Origin: Octopus vulgaris
Taxonomy: Eukaryota
Assembly (NCBI GenBank): GCA_951406725.2
Contig: OX597833.1
Coordinates: forward strand, 65,720,001 to 65,784,000
Length of the DNA stretch: 64,000 bases
Direction of reading: 5' to 3'
Below the pieces are notes generated by a model, which saw only the letters and a list, made by a program, of their open reading frames with translations, made no database searches and was not told the origin of the DNA. Position numbers and translations under genes: made by a program. Positions 42,465-57,029 of the stretch are shown here, in pieces. Each line of letters starts with the position of its first letter. Position 1 is the first letter of the stretch.

Positions 42465-43155
42465 TATTACATACCATGTATGATATTCGATTTTCCGGCA
42501 CACAATTCGAAATTGGGAGGCCAAACTTACAGTCGACTTATACGGCAAAACGAGTTTGGGAGGCCAAAGATGCCCATGTAAAATGCAAAGTGATCTGAAG
42601 GACGTTTGGACGCCTCCACTATATGTTTATAGTATATACCAAGTTAATTTGAATCCCGGAAAATACATTATGTCATATGCATAACCGTGTCACCAGGTAC
42701 TGTAACATTCCTTTTCTGGAGGCTCTACAATTTGGCATTGCAGGGTTCGTTACATATTCAACGTAAGGAGAAGTTCTCTAAAACGCAAACACATCCTCTT
42801 CTATATATTAAATTTATTGAAAAATATTCTCGATGCATATAAATATGACACACATATTTAACTTTTTTAGTGACAGGACAAGTGATATAATGTAGAAGTT
42901 TATTATAGATATCATATCACCCAAGAATGGGTCTTTGGAAATCTTTAGATAATATTAATGCCATACCAGTTTTGCAGAAAATAACCACATTCACTTCTAC
43001 CATATAATCACAGTCTTTTTCTCTTGAAATATCAAAAAAGATATTTCGAAGGAGGAGTGATATCTATTTATATTTATAGAAATATAAATTTTTGTGTATA
43101 TATATATGTACACACACATATATATATACATATATACATATATACATATGTATAG

Positions 43156-43209
<54 letters not shown>

Positions 43210-43577
43210 GTAGGCATGTTTTTGTATATTCATTCAAATAAATATTTGTGTGTATGAATGTGTGTGTACTTTTGTGAGTGAGTACGCTTATACATACATA
43301 AATTAGTAATAATGGTTTGTTTTTAAATAGACTATGAAAGCAATGTGCCTATATATATATATATGTGTGTGTGTGCATTGTATATATGTGTGTATATATA
43401 TATATGCATATATATATATGTATATGTATATGTATATGTATACATGTATAGATAGATATAAGTTATATCATGGTGTATTATATCATAGTAATTTTCATAT
43501 ATATGTATGTATGTATATATTATGTATATATAATTTATATATATATATATATATGCATATATATCTGCATATATATA

Positions 43578-43615
<38 letters not shown>

Positions 43616-44867
43616 TATATATATTGGTACATCAAATGCAGATAAGCAAAATATTATGTACATTTGTTTGATTTGATATTTTAAGTCGATGGAAAAGTCT
43701 CTTGATATAGATTTGCAGTTTACTTTATCGCCTCTCTCCATGTCAGGTATCTCTGTGTGTGTATGTGTGTGTATGTGTATGTGACTACTGTGTGTGTGTG
43801 CCTGTGTTCTTGTACTTATATGTATATATACGTACATACCTCTTGAAGAGCCTAGAGAAAATGAAAAAGCAACGTTATCTGCTCTGTCATATCACAAAAC
43901 CCATATATTTAGACATACTTAGTGATAAGCAACAAAAAACATATGCAGAATGCATATAGATGTATATAGAGTGTATATATATTTAAATATGTACAACCAC
44001 GGATACGTAAGTGTGTGTATGTAAATATGTATGTATATATGGAAATGTATGTCATATACGTAAATGCATAAAAATGTATGCAGTAGTATAAAAGTGTGTG
44101 TGTGTGTGTATGTGTGTATAGTGAGTGTATATTGCTATGTAGAAATGTAATGATAGATAGGGAGAACGTTTTAAATGGTTATCTTTACTTTCAAAGTAAT
44201 ATATATAATTCTCATCTCACTGCGAATTCTCCACCAGGGCCACCACCGAAGAAAATTATCCCATCTTCCCGCCCCCAAAAAATAACAAAACAAAAAGTAT
44301 AATAAAAAAATCTACCATCGGAAAAAAATACCAAAATAAGCACAAGGAAGGAAAATCGATATAAAATCATTTGTTTATTTATTTTTGTCTCCGAGAAATC
44401 TTTGAGAGAGGAAAAACCCACTCCTTAACTTGCTACCAAATTCGGTTTTGTTTTGGGGGTTTTTTTGTGAGTTTGTTGGATTTTAAAAATAATTCTTAGG
44501 CTTTTAGTTATTCTTCCCGAAATGTCTGTCTTGGCTTCAGTAGGGAATGTCAGATGAGGAAGGAAAAGGAGAAGGAAAAATGTAAATATAGAATGTGAGG
44601 AGTAGAAAGAATTGGAAAATAATAAAGCGGTGTTGCTTGTATTTTCTAACCTGGAATTCTGAATAGTAATTGAGGTTTCTTAATTAATTCTTGATTCTGT
44701 TTTTGTTGTTGTTTTGTGGTTGAAGTTATTGTTGTTGTTCTTTCTGTTCTGTCGGTTGTTCTTCTGGAAGAAACGTACCTCATCGAACAAATCGGTTACA
44801 TTCAGGGAATGGTCATAATCGGTAATATGAAGAAATAGGATTCATGTGGATGTACACATACACATGT

Positions 44868-44901
<34 letters not shown>

Positions 44902-45469
44902 ATGAGTGTATGTGTGTGTGTGAGTGTGTTAGTGTGTATATGTCTGGGTTTGTGCGTGTGTGTGTGAGTTTGTGCGTTTGTGCGTGTGTGTATGTGTGTT
45001 TATGAGTGTGTGCGTGAGTATATGTGAGTATGTTTGTGGTGTGTGTGTGAGTGTGTGTGTTTGGGCGTGTGTGTGAGTGTGTGTGTGTGGTGTGTGTGTG
45101 TGTTTGTGCGTGTGTGAGAGTGTGTGTGTGCGTGTGTGTGCGTGTGCGCGCGCGCGTATGTTTGTGTGTATGAGTATGCGTGTGTATGAGAGTGTGTGTG
45201 CGTGTGTCTGTGAATTTATGCGTGTGTGTGTGTGCGTGTATGCGTGTGTGCATAGGTGTGTACGCTTGTGTGTGTCCTACATTAAACTGAAGGATTGCAC
45301 TTTCTAGAGTACATATTTAGTATTCTTTTACAAGAGAAATGCTGCCAGCCACATTTGACAGCGTGCTAGAAACTTGCATGAACTATATCTGGCCTTATCC
45401 TCCTGCCATTGTTTTCCAAAGTATATGCCATATACTCGTGGATCTACCTTTCTAGTTCTTCCGACTATC

Positions 45470-45800
45470 ATGAATAACAGACATTGCATTTTCTATGATT
45501 GACCATTTAATGCCGAATTTGCTAATATCTTGTTTTTAACATTCCACACATACTTGAACAAGGCTGCGGTGTTTCTTTTCCTGTTATTGTGAACATGGAT
45601 TTGTGATTCGGGTAAAAGTATTTAAAACTGCCTTCAATCGTATCAATTTAAGAATTTATATTACTTCGATTGAATCTGCCAGAGAATTTGTCTTCACCTC
45701 GTATAAAAGAGCTTTTTTTAGATTGCTATGCCATGAGTAACAAACAGGTTCTTTATTCCTGATATCTCATTCGGCAACTTAGATAATGTACATTCTCATT
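45470..45800 (-). pseudogene. Degraded Penelope-like GIY-YIG endonuclease region
   Basis: Hand translation of the minus strand across frameshifts gives EGSFKYFYPNHKSMF, RKRNTAALFKYVWNVKNK and FGIKWSIIENA, matching the PLE pattern FKxRYxNHKxSF...TxLSKYIWxLK...IKWxII. Confidence 0.65.
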
Positions 45801-46136
45801 TTCACACTATAACACTAGCGATGAGCCAAGATAATTCTAGATTTGTTTGATGATATCCGCCTAAATACAAATGGAAACAGCAGTACGTATGGCTTGACGA
45901 GTCACTTATTGGATTGTAGCAGCGAATGAAAATCTTTCTTTGAGAAAAAATCTATTTATGACCAGACTGTTGACATATCTATGGCGACAGATTTAATCTC
46001 TGATACATTTAGTGACACAGAAATAATAGACGACAAGTAGATCAAGTAAATAATTGTGATTCAGAGGGAGATTATGTTCGGCTTAGCGTAACATACTTAA
46101 CGAGTGTATTATACGGAATGCTGCCGCCAATAGTGG

Positions 46137-46602
46137 AGGCGAGCTGGCAGAAACGTTAGCACGCCGGGCGAAATGCTTGGAGCTATTTCGTATGTTTTGT
46201 TCTGAGTTCAAATTCCGCCGCGGTCGGTTTGCGTTTCATCCTTTCAGGGTCGATAAATTAAGTACCAGTTGCGTAGTAGGGATGAGCTAATCGACCGTCC
46301 CCCTCTCCAAAAATGTCGGGCCTTGAGCCTAGAGTAGAAAACAATATCTTATTGGGGGCGAGCTGACACAAATGCGGCGAGCTGGTAGAAAGGCGGCGAG
46401 CTGGCAGAAAGCCAGCGAAATGCTTGGAGGTATTTCGTCTGTCGTTATGCTCTGAGTTCAAATTTCATCGCGGTCGACTTTTCCTTTCATCCTACCAGGA
46501 TCGATAAATTAAGTACCAGTTGCGTATTGGGGTCGATATAATCGACTGCCCACCCCCCTCTCCAAAACTTTCGGGTCTTGTGCCTCGAGTAGAAAAAATA
46601 TC
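46137..46602 (+). mobile_element. Two adjacent SINE family B copies (alternative tail type)
   Basis: 46137-46345 and ~46392-46602, both ending in ...CCTAGAGTAGAAAA-type tails; short head duplications lie between them. Confidence 0.85.
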
Positions 46603-46994
46603 TTACTGGAGTTTAGTTATATTAACGCTCGAAATATGCAACAACAAACTCAAGTCCCACAGGATCTCTAGATATAATATGATGTAAATAGGGGTTAATA
46701 TTTTCTTAAAGTGATTCAAGTTACAAATTAAGGGATTTTCTTTTCGCCATCATTTCTGACGTCTCCAGCTTTACATAAAAGCTAGAACTCAACTTCTTGC
46801 GCCAACCCTAAACTTGTGGAATATTACTGGTATCTTATCTATTATTTCCTTTATTTCCTTTCCTATTCTCCTTCATCCTTTTTATTGTTTTATTTTTATC
46901 CTCATTGTCTTCCTCCTCTCTTTTATCTCTTCCCTTATTTTTACAGTTTATTCTCATTCTTATTCTTATTTCTTCTTTTTATTCTTTTATTCCT

Positions 46995-47221
46995 TTATTC
47001 TTTCACTTGTTTCAGTCATTTTGATTGTATCCATGCTGGAGCACCGCCTTTAGTCGACCAAATCGATCCCAGTATTATTCTTTGTAAGCTTAGTATTTAT
47101 TCTATCGCTCTCTTTTACCGAACCGCTAAGTTACGGACACGTAAACACACCAACAGCGGTTGTCAAGCAATGGTGGGGGGAGGAACACAGACACAAACAT
47201 ATATATATATATATTTATATA

Positions 47222-47306
<85 letters not shown>

Positions 47307-47442
47307 GGGCTTCTTTCAGTTTCCGTCTACCAAATCCCCTCAAGACTTTGCTCGGCCCGAGGCTATAATACAAGACACTTGCCCCAGGTGCCACGCAGTG
47401 GGATTGAACCCGGAAAATGTGGTTGGTAAGCAAGCTTCCTAC
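46995..47442 (-). mobile_element. SINE family A, near full length
   Basis: Reverse complement of 2465-2880 with an expanded internal (TA)n. Confidence 0.88.
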
Positions 47443-47805
47443 TATATTTTTTTTATATATTATTATATTTTTTTATTTTTCACTCAACATTTTTACATTT
47501 CTTTATTTTTATCCTTCTAACCAATACTTCTGGACAATCCTTGCTAATACCCAGTCACTTGCCCCCCTCTTCTCTCTCTCTCTCCCAAATGCTACCCATT
47601 TTTTTCTTTCTCTCTCCTCATTAATCTCTCTTTCGCTTTCTTTCTCTTTCTCCTTCTCCCTCCACTTCGCTCAATAGCCACTTTTATTCTTTCACAAATC
47701 AGCCATCTCAATAAGAACACGCCATTCCCATTTCTGTCAAAATATTGCCTGGATATTTATGCTGTGAACACACTACTCATACTGCTTGGTTTAACTAAGA
47801 ACAGT

Positions 47806-47919
47806 GCCTTTTATCCTTTGGGGATCGATAAATTAAGTACCAGTTGCGTACTGGGGTCGTCTAATCGACCGGCCTCCTCCTCAAAAATCTCGACCCTTAT
47901 GCCTAGAGTAGAAAAGAAT
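47806..47919 (+). mobile_element. SINE family B, 3' fragment
   Basis: GCCTTTTATCCTTTGGGGATCGATAAATTAAGTACCAG...CCTAGAGTAGAAAAGAAT. Confidence 0.75.
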
Positions 47920-47924
47920 ATATG

Positions 47925-48027
<103 letters not shown>

Positions 48028-48298
48028 AAAATAATACAAGGTAGAAAATGTTAAAATAATTTTATCATTAAACACATTTCGTGACGGTTAGGCTGGTTTC
48101 AGACTTCTATGATTCTTCAACAAACAACGGAAGACATTAATTAAGAAGAAAAACATTTAAATTGATAAAACAATTAAATGAAATATTTTGTAGATATTTC
48201 CATAGTCTTCAAATAGGTAAGACATTTTCCTTTTTTCTATCTCTCTCTCTTTCTTTCTCTCTCTCTTTTCCTTTGTGAAGGCTCTGTAGGTGGTAGCA

Positions 48299-48336
<38 letters not shown>

Positions 48337-49109
48337 CTCCTTGTTTCTCTCCTCTTTTCTGTGTTCCTTGCCGTAGAAGAGAGTAGGCTCAAAACATAAA
48401 AGACATTTTCTATTCCTGAGCCTTATACTAATACATCTGGTTGTTTTGTACACCACCTGTCTTAGTTTTTTCTTGGTTTTTTTTTTTTCGTAAATTCTCC
48501 CTATATATATATATATACGTAGGTAGATAGATAGACGGACAACTAGGAAAAGAAAGAGAGAGGCTGTTTATGACACTTCAGGAACACTCAGAAAGCATTA
48601 GCCAAACCAAAGCTTCTATAAAACACCCTCACCCAAACGAACGCGACCCAATGAGAGCGAACCTTGGAACATATGTTTTCGAATTGACATTCCCACCCAC
48701 ACCACCGCCACTCCTACGCCAAACAAAACAAAAATAAATAGAAAAAAAATAGAAAGAACAAAAGGAATCTATGTACTGAATCATGGTACCTATTTTTAAA
48801 AACAAATCCAAGCACAATGCAAATTTTGGCTGTCGCTGTTCTCGACAGATCATACACGTTGCCAACTCCTTAGAAAAAGCTGTCTATTTGTACAGAAGCT
48901 TAATCAAAAGACAGAATATCGGAAAAAGAGATTCTTTTTCTCTCTCTTTCTCTCGCTCTATCTTGGTCTCTATCTGTTTTCTTTTCTGTTTTTTTTCTGT
49001 TTTTTTTTTTCTTCTTTTCTTTGCTTTGCTTTTCTTTTTCTGTTCTCTCATCTCATTTACTTTCACGTCCACGTTCACTTATTCCTCTCTACCTTCTTCT
49101 TTTTCTTCT

Positions 49110-49145
<36 letters not shown>

Positions 49146-49328
49146 CTTAAATCTGCATGTGAATACACGAGTCAACCAAGAATACGACCTTCCATTGATT
49201 CGGCTGCCAAGTCTTTCTTAAGTCTCATCATTCATTTTCCAACGCAAAAGTTGACATTGACTTTCGATTGAACAAACTTTTGCTTTGCTTTGCTTTGCTT
49301 GTTTTTTTTCCCCCTTCATTGTTTTCCT

Positions 49329-49383
<55 letters not shown>

Positions 49384-50203
49384 TTTTTCTTTTCTTTCTA
49401 CGAATATTTTTTTTTTCAATTTTATTACTCTCTTTCTTTTATTTTTCTTTTCTTTTCTTCTTCCAATGTTGTATCACATAGATTGGCACACATAGACAAC
49501 TTTCTGTCAAGTCAAATCCGCCATTTCACGTCATCTCCTTCTATTTCTCTATCTCTTTCTCTCCTCCCCTTTCTCTCTTTCTCTATGTTCTCCTCATCGT
49601 CTTTGTGTCGCTATATATATATTTACGTATACCTATGCATGTCTATATGTGTCTGTTAGTATACACGTGAATATGGTTGCCGTGGCAAATATGAAAGTAG
49701 GTAAATATGTATATACATCATATATATATATATATATATATATAAATGCAGACACATTTAAATACATATACAAATACACATACACACACACACATATATA
49801 TGTATGTACATACATAACCAATATATATATATATATATACATACATGCATATAGGAATGAATGCATGTGGCAGTGTACGTGTAAATGTGCATGCGTTTGT
49901 GTATGTAGATAGATAGATAGAGAGAGAGAGAGAGATAGATAGATATACGTGAGTGTATGTGTGTGGTATGTGTGTGTGTATGTGTACACATATATGTGTG
50001 CATATATTTCAGTGTACGATATATATTCCTGACCGTATCTAATCTGTTGATTATGTGTGGTTCACTCCCTCTTTCTCTCTCGCTCTCTCTCTCTCTCTCT
50101 TTCACTTACTTTTTCTCTCTTTCTTTCCCTTCTTCTCTCTCTCTTTCTCTCTCACTCTCTTTCACTTTCTTTTTCTTTCTTTCTCGCCTTCTCTCTCTTG
50201 TTT

Positions 50204-50284
<81 letters not shown>

Positions 50285-51145
50285 TGACGTTTGTGTACAT
50301 TTGTTGATTTCATGTTATTGTCTTTCTTGTTATATTAGCCATTGTTGTTGCTGCTGTTGCTGTTGTTGTCGTTGTTGTTGTTGTTGTCGTCATCGTTGTC
50401 GTTGTTGTTGCAGATGCAGTTGTCGCTTTCTTTTTCTGATGTTGTTGTTGTTTCATCGAGTTTTCGAAGAGCAACAATCTAATTCTCTTCGAGTATGTTT
50501 GGATTGAATAACATCAACAACGCAGCGTGTTCGTGAATAGATCTGTATACAGAGTCAAATACACCTGTTGTGATTATTATTTAGCCCCACGTCAACTCTC
50601 AACCAACAAGCCCATAATCCGATGATGTGGTCACTCAAGAAAATATATCTAATGTCTCCGTGCTTTATTTCTGATGGTAATTTGTGATTTACATACGATC
50701 TATCTATTATTTCTTTTGCAGATCGCGTAACTACACAGTATCACCTTTGTTGGTTATTTCCTTATGTGCGAAAAATGCAAAATAGAACAATGGTTCAGAA
50801 TCTTAAAGGTGAAAACTCAAACAAAGTATAGTTTCGTCCCATGACTCATCAGATTAATATTTCACGAATACAACACATGGAAATCTCTTTCCTCCCATTT
50901 TTTTTTTTTTTTTTTTTTTTGATAAAGAGCCTCAGCACAAAATATTTGAAACTTTCGCTCTCTTCCCCGAAACTACATCTATTGAAACTACATCAGCTCA
51001 TCCATTATTTTTAATCAAACATCATTTACTTCAGCTTTCAAGTATCTTATAGGGAGTCACAGCACAACTGCATTAGTCTCAAATGTTTGCAGCCCAGAAT
51101 TACTAACTAAATACCAAAAACTAACTAAAATACCAAAACAGTCTA

Positions 51146-51534
51146 GACATAGAGGGGACAAACAAGGACAGAAAAAGGGATTAAGTCGATTAGATCGATC
51201 CCAGTGCGTAACTGGTACTTATTTAATCGACCCCGAAAGGATAAAAGGCAAAGTCGACCTCGGCGGAATTAGAACTCAGAACGTAACGGCAGACAAAATA
51301 CCTATTTCTTTAATACCCACAAGGGACTAAACACAGAGAGAACAAACAAGGACAGACAGACGGATTAAGTCGATTATATCGACCCCAGTGCGTAATTGGT
51401 ACTTATTTAATCGACCCCGAAATTATGAAAGGCAAAATCGACCTCGGCGGTATTTGAACTCAGAACGTAGCGGCAGACGAAATACCGCTAAGCATTTCGC
51501 CCGGCGTGCTAACGTTTCTGCCAGCTCGCCGCCT
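51146..51534 (-). mobile_element. SINE family B with a tandem second body unit
   Basis: Two body units with the junction at ~51300; head at 51534. Confidence 0.9.
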
Positions 51535-52531
51535 TAAAATATCAAAACAGTCTGTTATGATTAAATATGCTCTCAAAGATATATTTCCATATTTAATAAG
51601 ATTACATTGTATCGAGGTGGAGCGGGGTTCTGATATAGCAGAGCATCGGTAAGCCAGGCATTTCGGGTTCGTGTGATTTCGTGTGGTGCAAATGGAGGAT
51701 TGTACCTAATTAAATATAGCTTCTAATCATAGTTTCTAATCTAAATTAATCTAGAACAAGCAGTTTATTGTTGGTGGTGTTTTTAGGGCTAGATAGTCAA
51801 TTGTTACAATGATGATCTGATAGACGGTGGTGGTCATTCGCCCGATGCTATTTATGGTATCTTTAAATACCGACACGCATGACAACAAAGAAACGTCACC
51901 CAAGTTTTGGACGACATGTCGTCTGGAAAATAAACTTAAAGACCAAAGACGAAAAGATACAAAACTTACTCACATAGCAAAGTATAACTTAAACACAAAT
52001 GCAAGTACAAACACCTAAATACCTGACGAGATAAATGCAGGTGTAACGCAAATCTTATTACCTCATAAGATAATTTGAAATTTAAAATAAATTTAAAAGA
52101 TTTCTATATTATTAAAGGGCTCTACCACGATTCTGTTCGTTTATTTTATTCTTAACTGCTATATATTTTCCTTTATGGTACAATTTGTTCTTTTTCATTC
52201 ACATAATTCTCTGATAAAGCGTTTTTTACTCGAAATGTAAAACATTTTTGTTCTTCACAGAATTCCAAATCTTTCTGGTATTCTGAAACTTCACATACAT
52301 GATGTATATTGTTCTCTTCTCATTAAGGTCAACCGCGATTCTCAGAGTTGATCGTTAAGAACAGCCCAAATTATTATTCCTCATAAGACCTTCTCCAAAC
52401 ATTAAGAAATATACGCAATGATCAAAATGAAAATCTTACGAAAGACTAAACAAGAAGTCTCCGATATGTCGGAAGAAAGCGTCTTAACGAGAAGAGAATT
52501 TCCTTAAGATAAGATTGTCGAAGAATATTTA

Positions 52532-52532
<1 letters not shown>

Positions 52533-52569
<37 letters not shown>

Positions 52570-52628
52570 GATAGATAGATAGATAAACAGATATGTAGAC
52601 AGATATATATATATAGATAGATAGATAA

Positions 52629-52696
<68 letters not shown>

Positions 52697-52714
52697 ACAG
52701 ATATGTAGACAGAC

Positions 52715-52810
<96 letters not shown>
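52533..52810. repeat. (GATA)n compound microsatellite
   Basis: Directly visible; similar tracts at ~16760, ~36445, ~37260 and ~62830-63128. Confidence 0.92.
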
Positions 52811-52811
<1 letters not shown>

Positions 52812-53258
52812 TGTGTACACACACTATATGTATATAGATATGGAAGGCAGTAGATATTGTAAATATACACTTTAAAGATGAAGTTAATTGTCCGAAGTGT
52901 TCTAATTTTATTAACAACAACCCTTTTCAGACAGACGTACACTTATATTCTTCCTCTTGTTTTCTCACTAACATTCATCTCCTTTGTGGCCAATGAACAA
53001 GAAACCAATAATTATATTTTGATAGAACGGTAGACAAAATGGAACAGACCTTAGAAAATCGAATTTCATGTCTTAAGGGTGTCATAGACCCGTATATATG
53101 TATATGAATATCGATTCCCATCGACCTATGAAGACACAGAGTTTGTCTTCGCCAGAAAAGTTATTGTTTCCAAACTATATTTCTTTCCAGCGCAGAACGC
53201 AGTCGGTTGCAACGACTCCAGTATATTACATTATCCACACCCAAACACATTTACCTTT

Positions 53259-53281
53259 ATTATTATTATTATTATTATTAC

Positions 53282-53362
<81 letters not shown>

Positions 53363-53479
53363 TATACACAACAGATTAGACTGTTCGAGAAGAAAAATTC
53401 TTAACATCAGACTGCAACAAGTAAACTTAGATGCCAAGAACCCTCCGATTATTATTATTATTATTATTATCATTATTAA

Positions 53480-53565
<86 letters not shown>

Positions 53566-53566
53566 C

Positions 53567-53641
<75 letters not shown>

Positions 53642-53930
53642 TATTTTTATTGCTATTATTATTATTACTACTACTATTACTATTATTATCATTGTTATCA
53701 TTGTTATTATTATTGTTATTACTATTATTGTTGTTGTTATTGTTATCATTACTAATACTATTATGGTTTTGTTGTTGTTATTACTGTTATTTAAAGCTCA
53801 AACTCGGACATGTCATTTTGTTGCTAATGCTGTTGCTGTTGTTGTTGTTGTTGTTGTTGTTGTGGTGGTGGTGGTGGTGGTGGTGGTGGTGGTGGTGGTG
53901 GTGGTGGTGGTGGTGGTAGTGGTGGTAGTG
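53259..53930. repeat. (TAT)n/(TAG)n/(TTG)n/(TGG)n compound arrays
   Basis: Directly visible. Confidence 0.9.
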
Positions 53931-54497
53931 GTTCTTTATCCCCATGTCGGCCATGCTCGAAGAGAAAATGTCTATTATCGAAAGCATACTAGCCGTGACC
54001 ATCACACCTTTTCCAAACTTTATAACTCAGACTACATCTCTGAAAATCATCACGTGAATGCGAACGTTTTTAAAAGACAGTAGATTGTGATTTGAGAGGC
54101 GATTTATCTCCTATTTTTGCAAGGTCCACTAACCACATAGAGACTCTCTCGTTGGTTCAAAATGTCCGTGCGTTGCCAATAAGACTGTACCTCTTCCAGT
54201 CACTTAACGGAAAGCAATACTTATGTGTTTGAGGTCGAATAGCCACACCAGGAAATTATATCTACCGTCACAGAGCTATACATTGGAAACGGTTTGACAT
54301 CGCAAATATAAATTTTTAAGAAACAATAAATCAGTTTAAAATAGGAGAATGAGTTAATCGATAAGCTCTATCTCCCTTTTCTCATTAAACCGTATTCCGT
54401 AACGATTAAACGGTCTTAAGAAAACTTTCGTCAATTTTCGAGTGCTTAGAAACACAACGATTAACTGTATTTCCAGTCTAATATTTTTACATTACGT

Positions 54498-55312
54498 AAG
54501 GCGAAGATCTGGAAAAATTGTTAACACGCCGGAAAAAATGCTTAGCATCATTTTGTCCGTTCTGAGTTCAAATTCCGCTGGGGTCGACTTTGTCTTTTAC
54601 CCTTTCGGGGTCGATAAAATAAGCACCAGTTGAGCACTGGGGTCGAGGTAATCGACTCCACCTCCACCCCCTGAAATTGCTGGCCTTGTGCAAAAATTTG
54701 AAACCAGTGTTTTAGTGCTTACAATGGCGGCAAGCTGGTAGCGTTATGATCATGTCAGGTATACTACTTAACGTCATTTTGTCCGTCTTCGCGTTCTGAG
54801 TTCAAATTCCGCTAAGGTCAACTTTGACTTTCATCTTTTTAGGGCCGATTAAATCGATACCTGTCGAGCACTTGGATCGATGTAATTAGCTCACTCCCTC
54901 TACCGAAATTGCGGATGTTGTGCCAAAATTCAAAATTTTTAGCGGTATTTCGTCTGCCGCTATGCTCTGAGTTCAAATTCCGCCGTGGTCGACTTTGCCT
55001 TTCATCCTTTCGGGGTCGATAAATTAAGTATCAGTTACGCACTGGGGTCAATATAATCGACTTAATCCGTTTGTCTGTCCTTGTTTGTCCCCTCTGTGTT
55101 TAGCCCCTTGTGGGTAGTAAAGAAATAGGTATTTCGACTGCGGTTACGTTCTGAGTTCTAATTCCGCCGAGGTCGACTTTGCCTTTTATCCATTCGGGGT
55201 CGATTAAATAAGTACCAGTTACGCACTGCGGTCGATATAATCGACTTAATCCGTTTGTCTGTCCTTGTTTTTCTCGTCTATGTTTATCCCCCTGTGGGCA
55301 ATAAAGGAATAA
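54498..55312 (+). mobile_element. Cluster of SINE family B copies (+): ~54498-54705, ~54726-54930 and a dimer at ~54939-55312
   Basis: Repeated TTCTGAGTTCAAATTCCGC...GTCGACTTTG...GGGGTCGAT...AAGTACCAG blocks of differing divergence. Confidence 0.88.
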
Positions 55313-55449
55313 ATACATCGTGAAAAATACCTTGAACTAATTGTTGCAGATCTTTTCGTTCTGAGTTCAAATCCTATCGATACCCCACTCCCACTCGACA
55401 GTGTTACCCTATGCTTCTACTATTTTCATATTCTGGCACACCATCAGCA

Positions 55450-55838
55450 GTTATTGGGGTAAGTCAATTAAGTTGACCCCAGTACTCAACTGGTACTTAT
55501 TTGATTAACCTCGAAAGGATGAAAGGAAAAATCGACCCCAGCAAAATTTGAGCTCAAAACGTAAAGACAAAACGCTAGTCATTTCGCCCGGCGTGCTAAC
55601 AATTCTTATTTCTTTACTACCCACAAAGGGCTACACACAGAAGGGACAAACAAGCACAGACAAACGGATTAAGTCGATTACATCGACCCCAGTGCGCAAC
55701 TGGTACTTAATTTATCAACCCCGAAAGGATGAAAGGCAAAATCGACCTCGGCGGAATTTGAACCCAGAATATAACGGAAGACGAAATGCGGCTACGCATT
55801 TCGCTCGGCGTGCTAACAGTTCTGCCAGCTCACCGCCT
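55450..55838 (-). mobile_element. Two SINE family B copies (-)
   Basis: ~55450-55600 (diverged) and ~55606-55838 (young); reverse complement of the family B consensus. Confidence 0.85.
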
Positions 55839-56182
55839 TAGCCTCTCTTCATATTAGAAATAATTGCATTTACAAGAATTAGTTGACTAATGAAAGATCC
55901 TATGATAATTTCGAAAGATTTGAGGGATAGTGAGGTGAAGCTATAATTAAAGCAGTGAAGTCACCATGCCTAAATAGTTGCAGCACATATTTATTTCACC
56001 CAGGAATTAGCGAGTGGCATGAAACTTGCCAACGAATTAACTTACCACTAAAACGCAGGAAATTCTTGGTTATTCCTTGCTGGCTTGCTTAAGCAAAAAC
56101 TACTAAGCTGTGTAATTGATTCCAAATTAAAGTAGTTTCAAAGCCAAAGTCTTAAAGACAGGTATGCATGCAATTATATATA

Positions 56183-56880
56183 CAGGGGTTGAACAAATTC
56201 ATGTAAACACCTTAAAATTTCAAACAATTTTGTTTTAACATGGGGTATGATCGCCTTTGGCAGTAATTACAGCTTGAATTCTGCGAGGTATGGACTCGTA
56301 CACAGTTTGAATTGTTTCCAAAGGAATTTTTGTCCACTCTTCAGCTAAAACGGTCTCCAGTTCTTGTAATGGTGATGGTGGAGGATATCGACTCCTTACA
56401 TGTTTTTCTAAAATGCACCATAAATGTTCAATAATTTTGAGATCTGGGGACAGTGGTGGCCAGATAAGATGTTCAACTTCACTTGAATGTTCCTCGTGCC
56501 ATTCATTAACAACTTTAAATGTCTGAATTGGTGCATTATCATCCCGAAAGATTACGTTTCCTTCCGGAAACAGTTCCGCCACCATAGGATGAATTTGATC
56601 AGATAAAATGCTTAAATAGCTTTGACTATTAATGTTGTCGTGAAGGGAAACCATTGGGCCGGAGGATTTCCAAGATATAGTCCCCCAGATCATCACAGAT
56701 CCTCCTCCATGTTTAAGAGATGGAAGAAGGCAGTCTGGATCAAATGCTTCTTTTGGCTGTCTTCACACATATACTTAGCTGGTGATCGGAAATAAGATAA
56801 AGGTTGACTCGTCCGAGAAAATAACATTCTTTCACTGCTGTAGGGACCATTTCTGTGGGTCTTTTATTCCACACTAAACA
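56183..56880 (-). mobile_element. Dead Tc1/mariner transposon fragment: DDE domain and one TIR
   Basis: VIFSDEST...KHGGGSVMIWG...FRDDNAP...WPPLSPDLKIIEHLW; in-frame stops upstream of 56696; terminus TA-CAGGGGTTGAACAAATTCATGTAAACACC at 56181; homology ends at a SINE at ~56880. Confidence 0.92.
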
Positions 56881-57029
56881 CTTCTTTCAGTTTCCGTCTT
56901 CCAAATCCACTCACAAGATTTGGGTCTGCCCGAGGCTACGGTAGAAGACACTCGACCAAGGTGCCACGTAGCGGGACTGAACCCGGAACCATGTGGTTTG
57001 TAAGCAAGCTTCTTACCACACAGCCACTC
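56881..57029 (-). mobile_element. SINE family A, 5' half
   Basis: CTTCTTTCAGTTTCCGTC...GGGACTGAACCCGGAACCATGTGGTT...ACCACACAGCCACTC. Confidence 0.88.
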
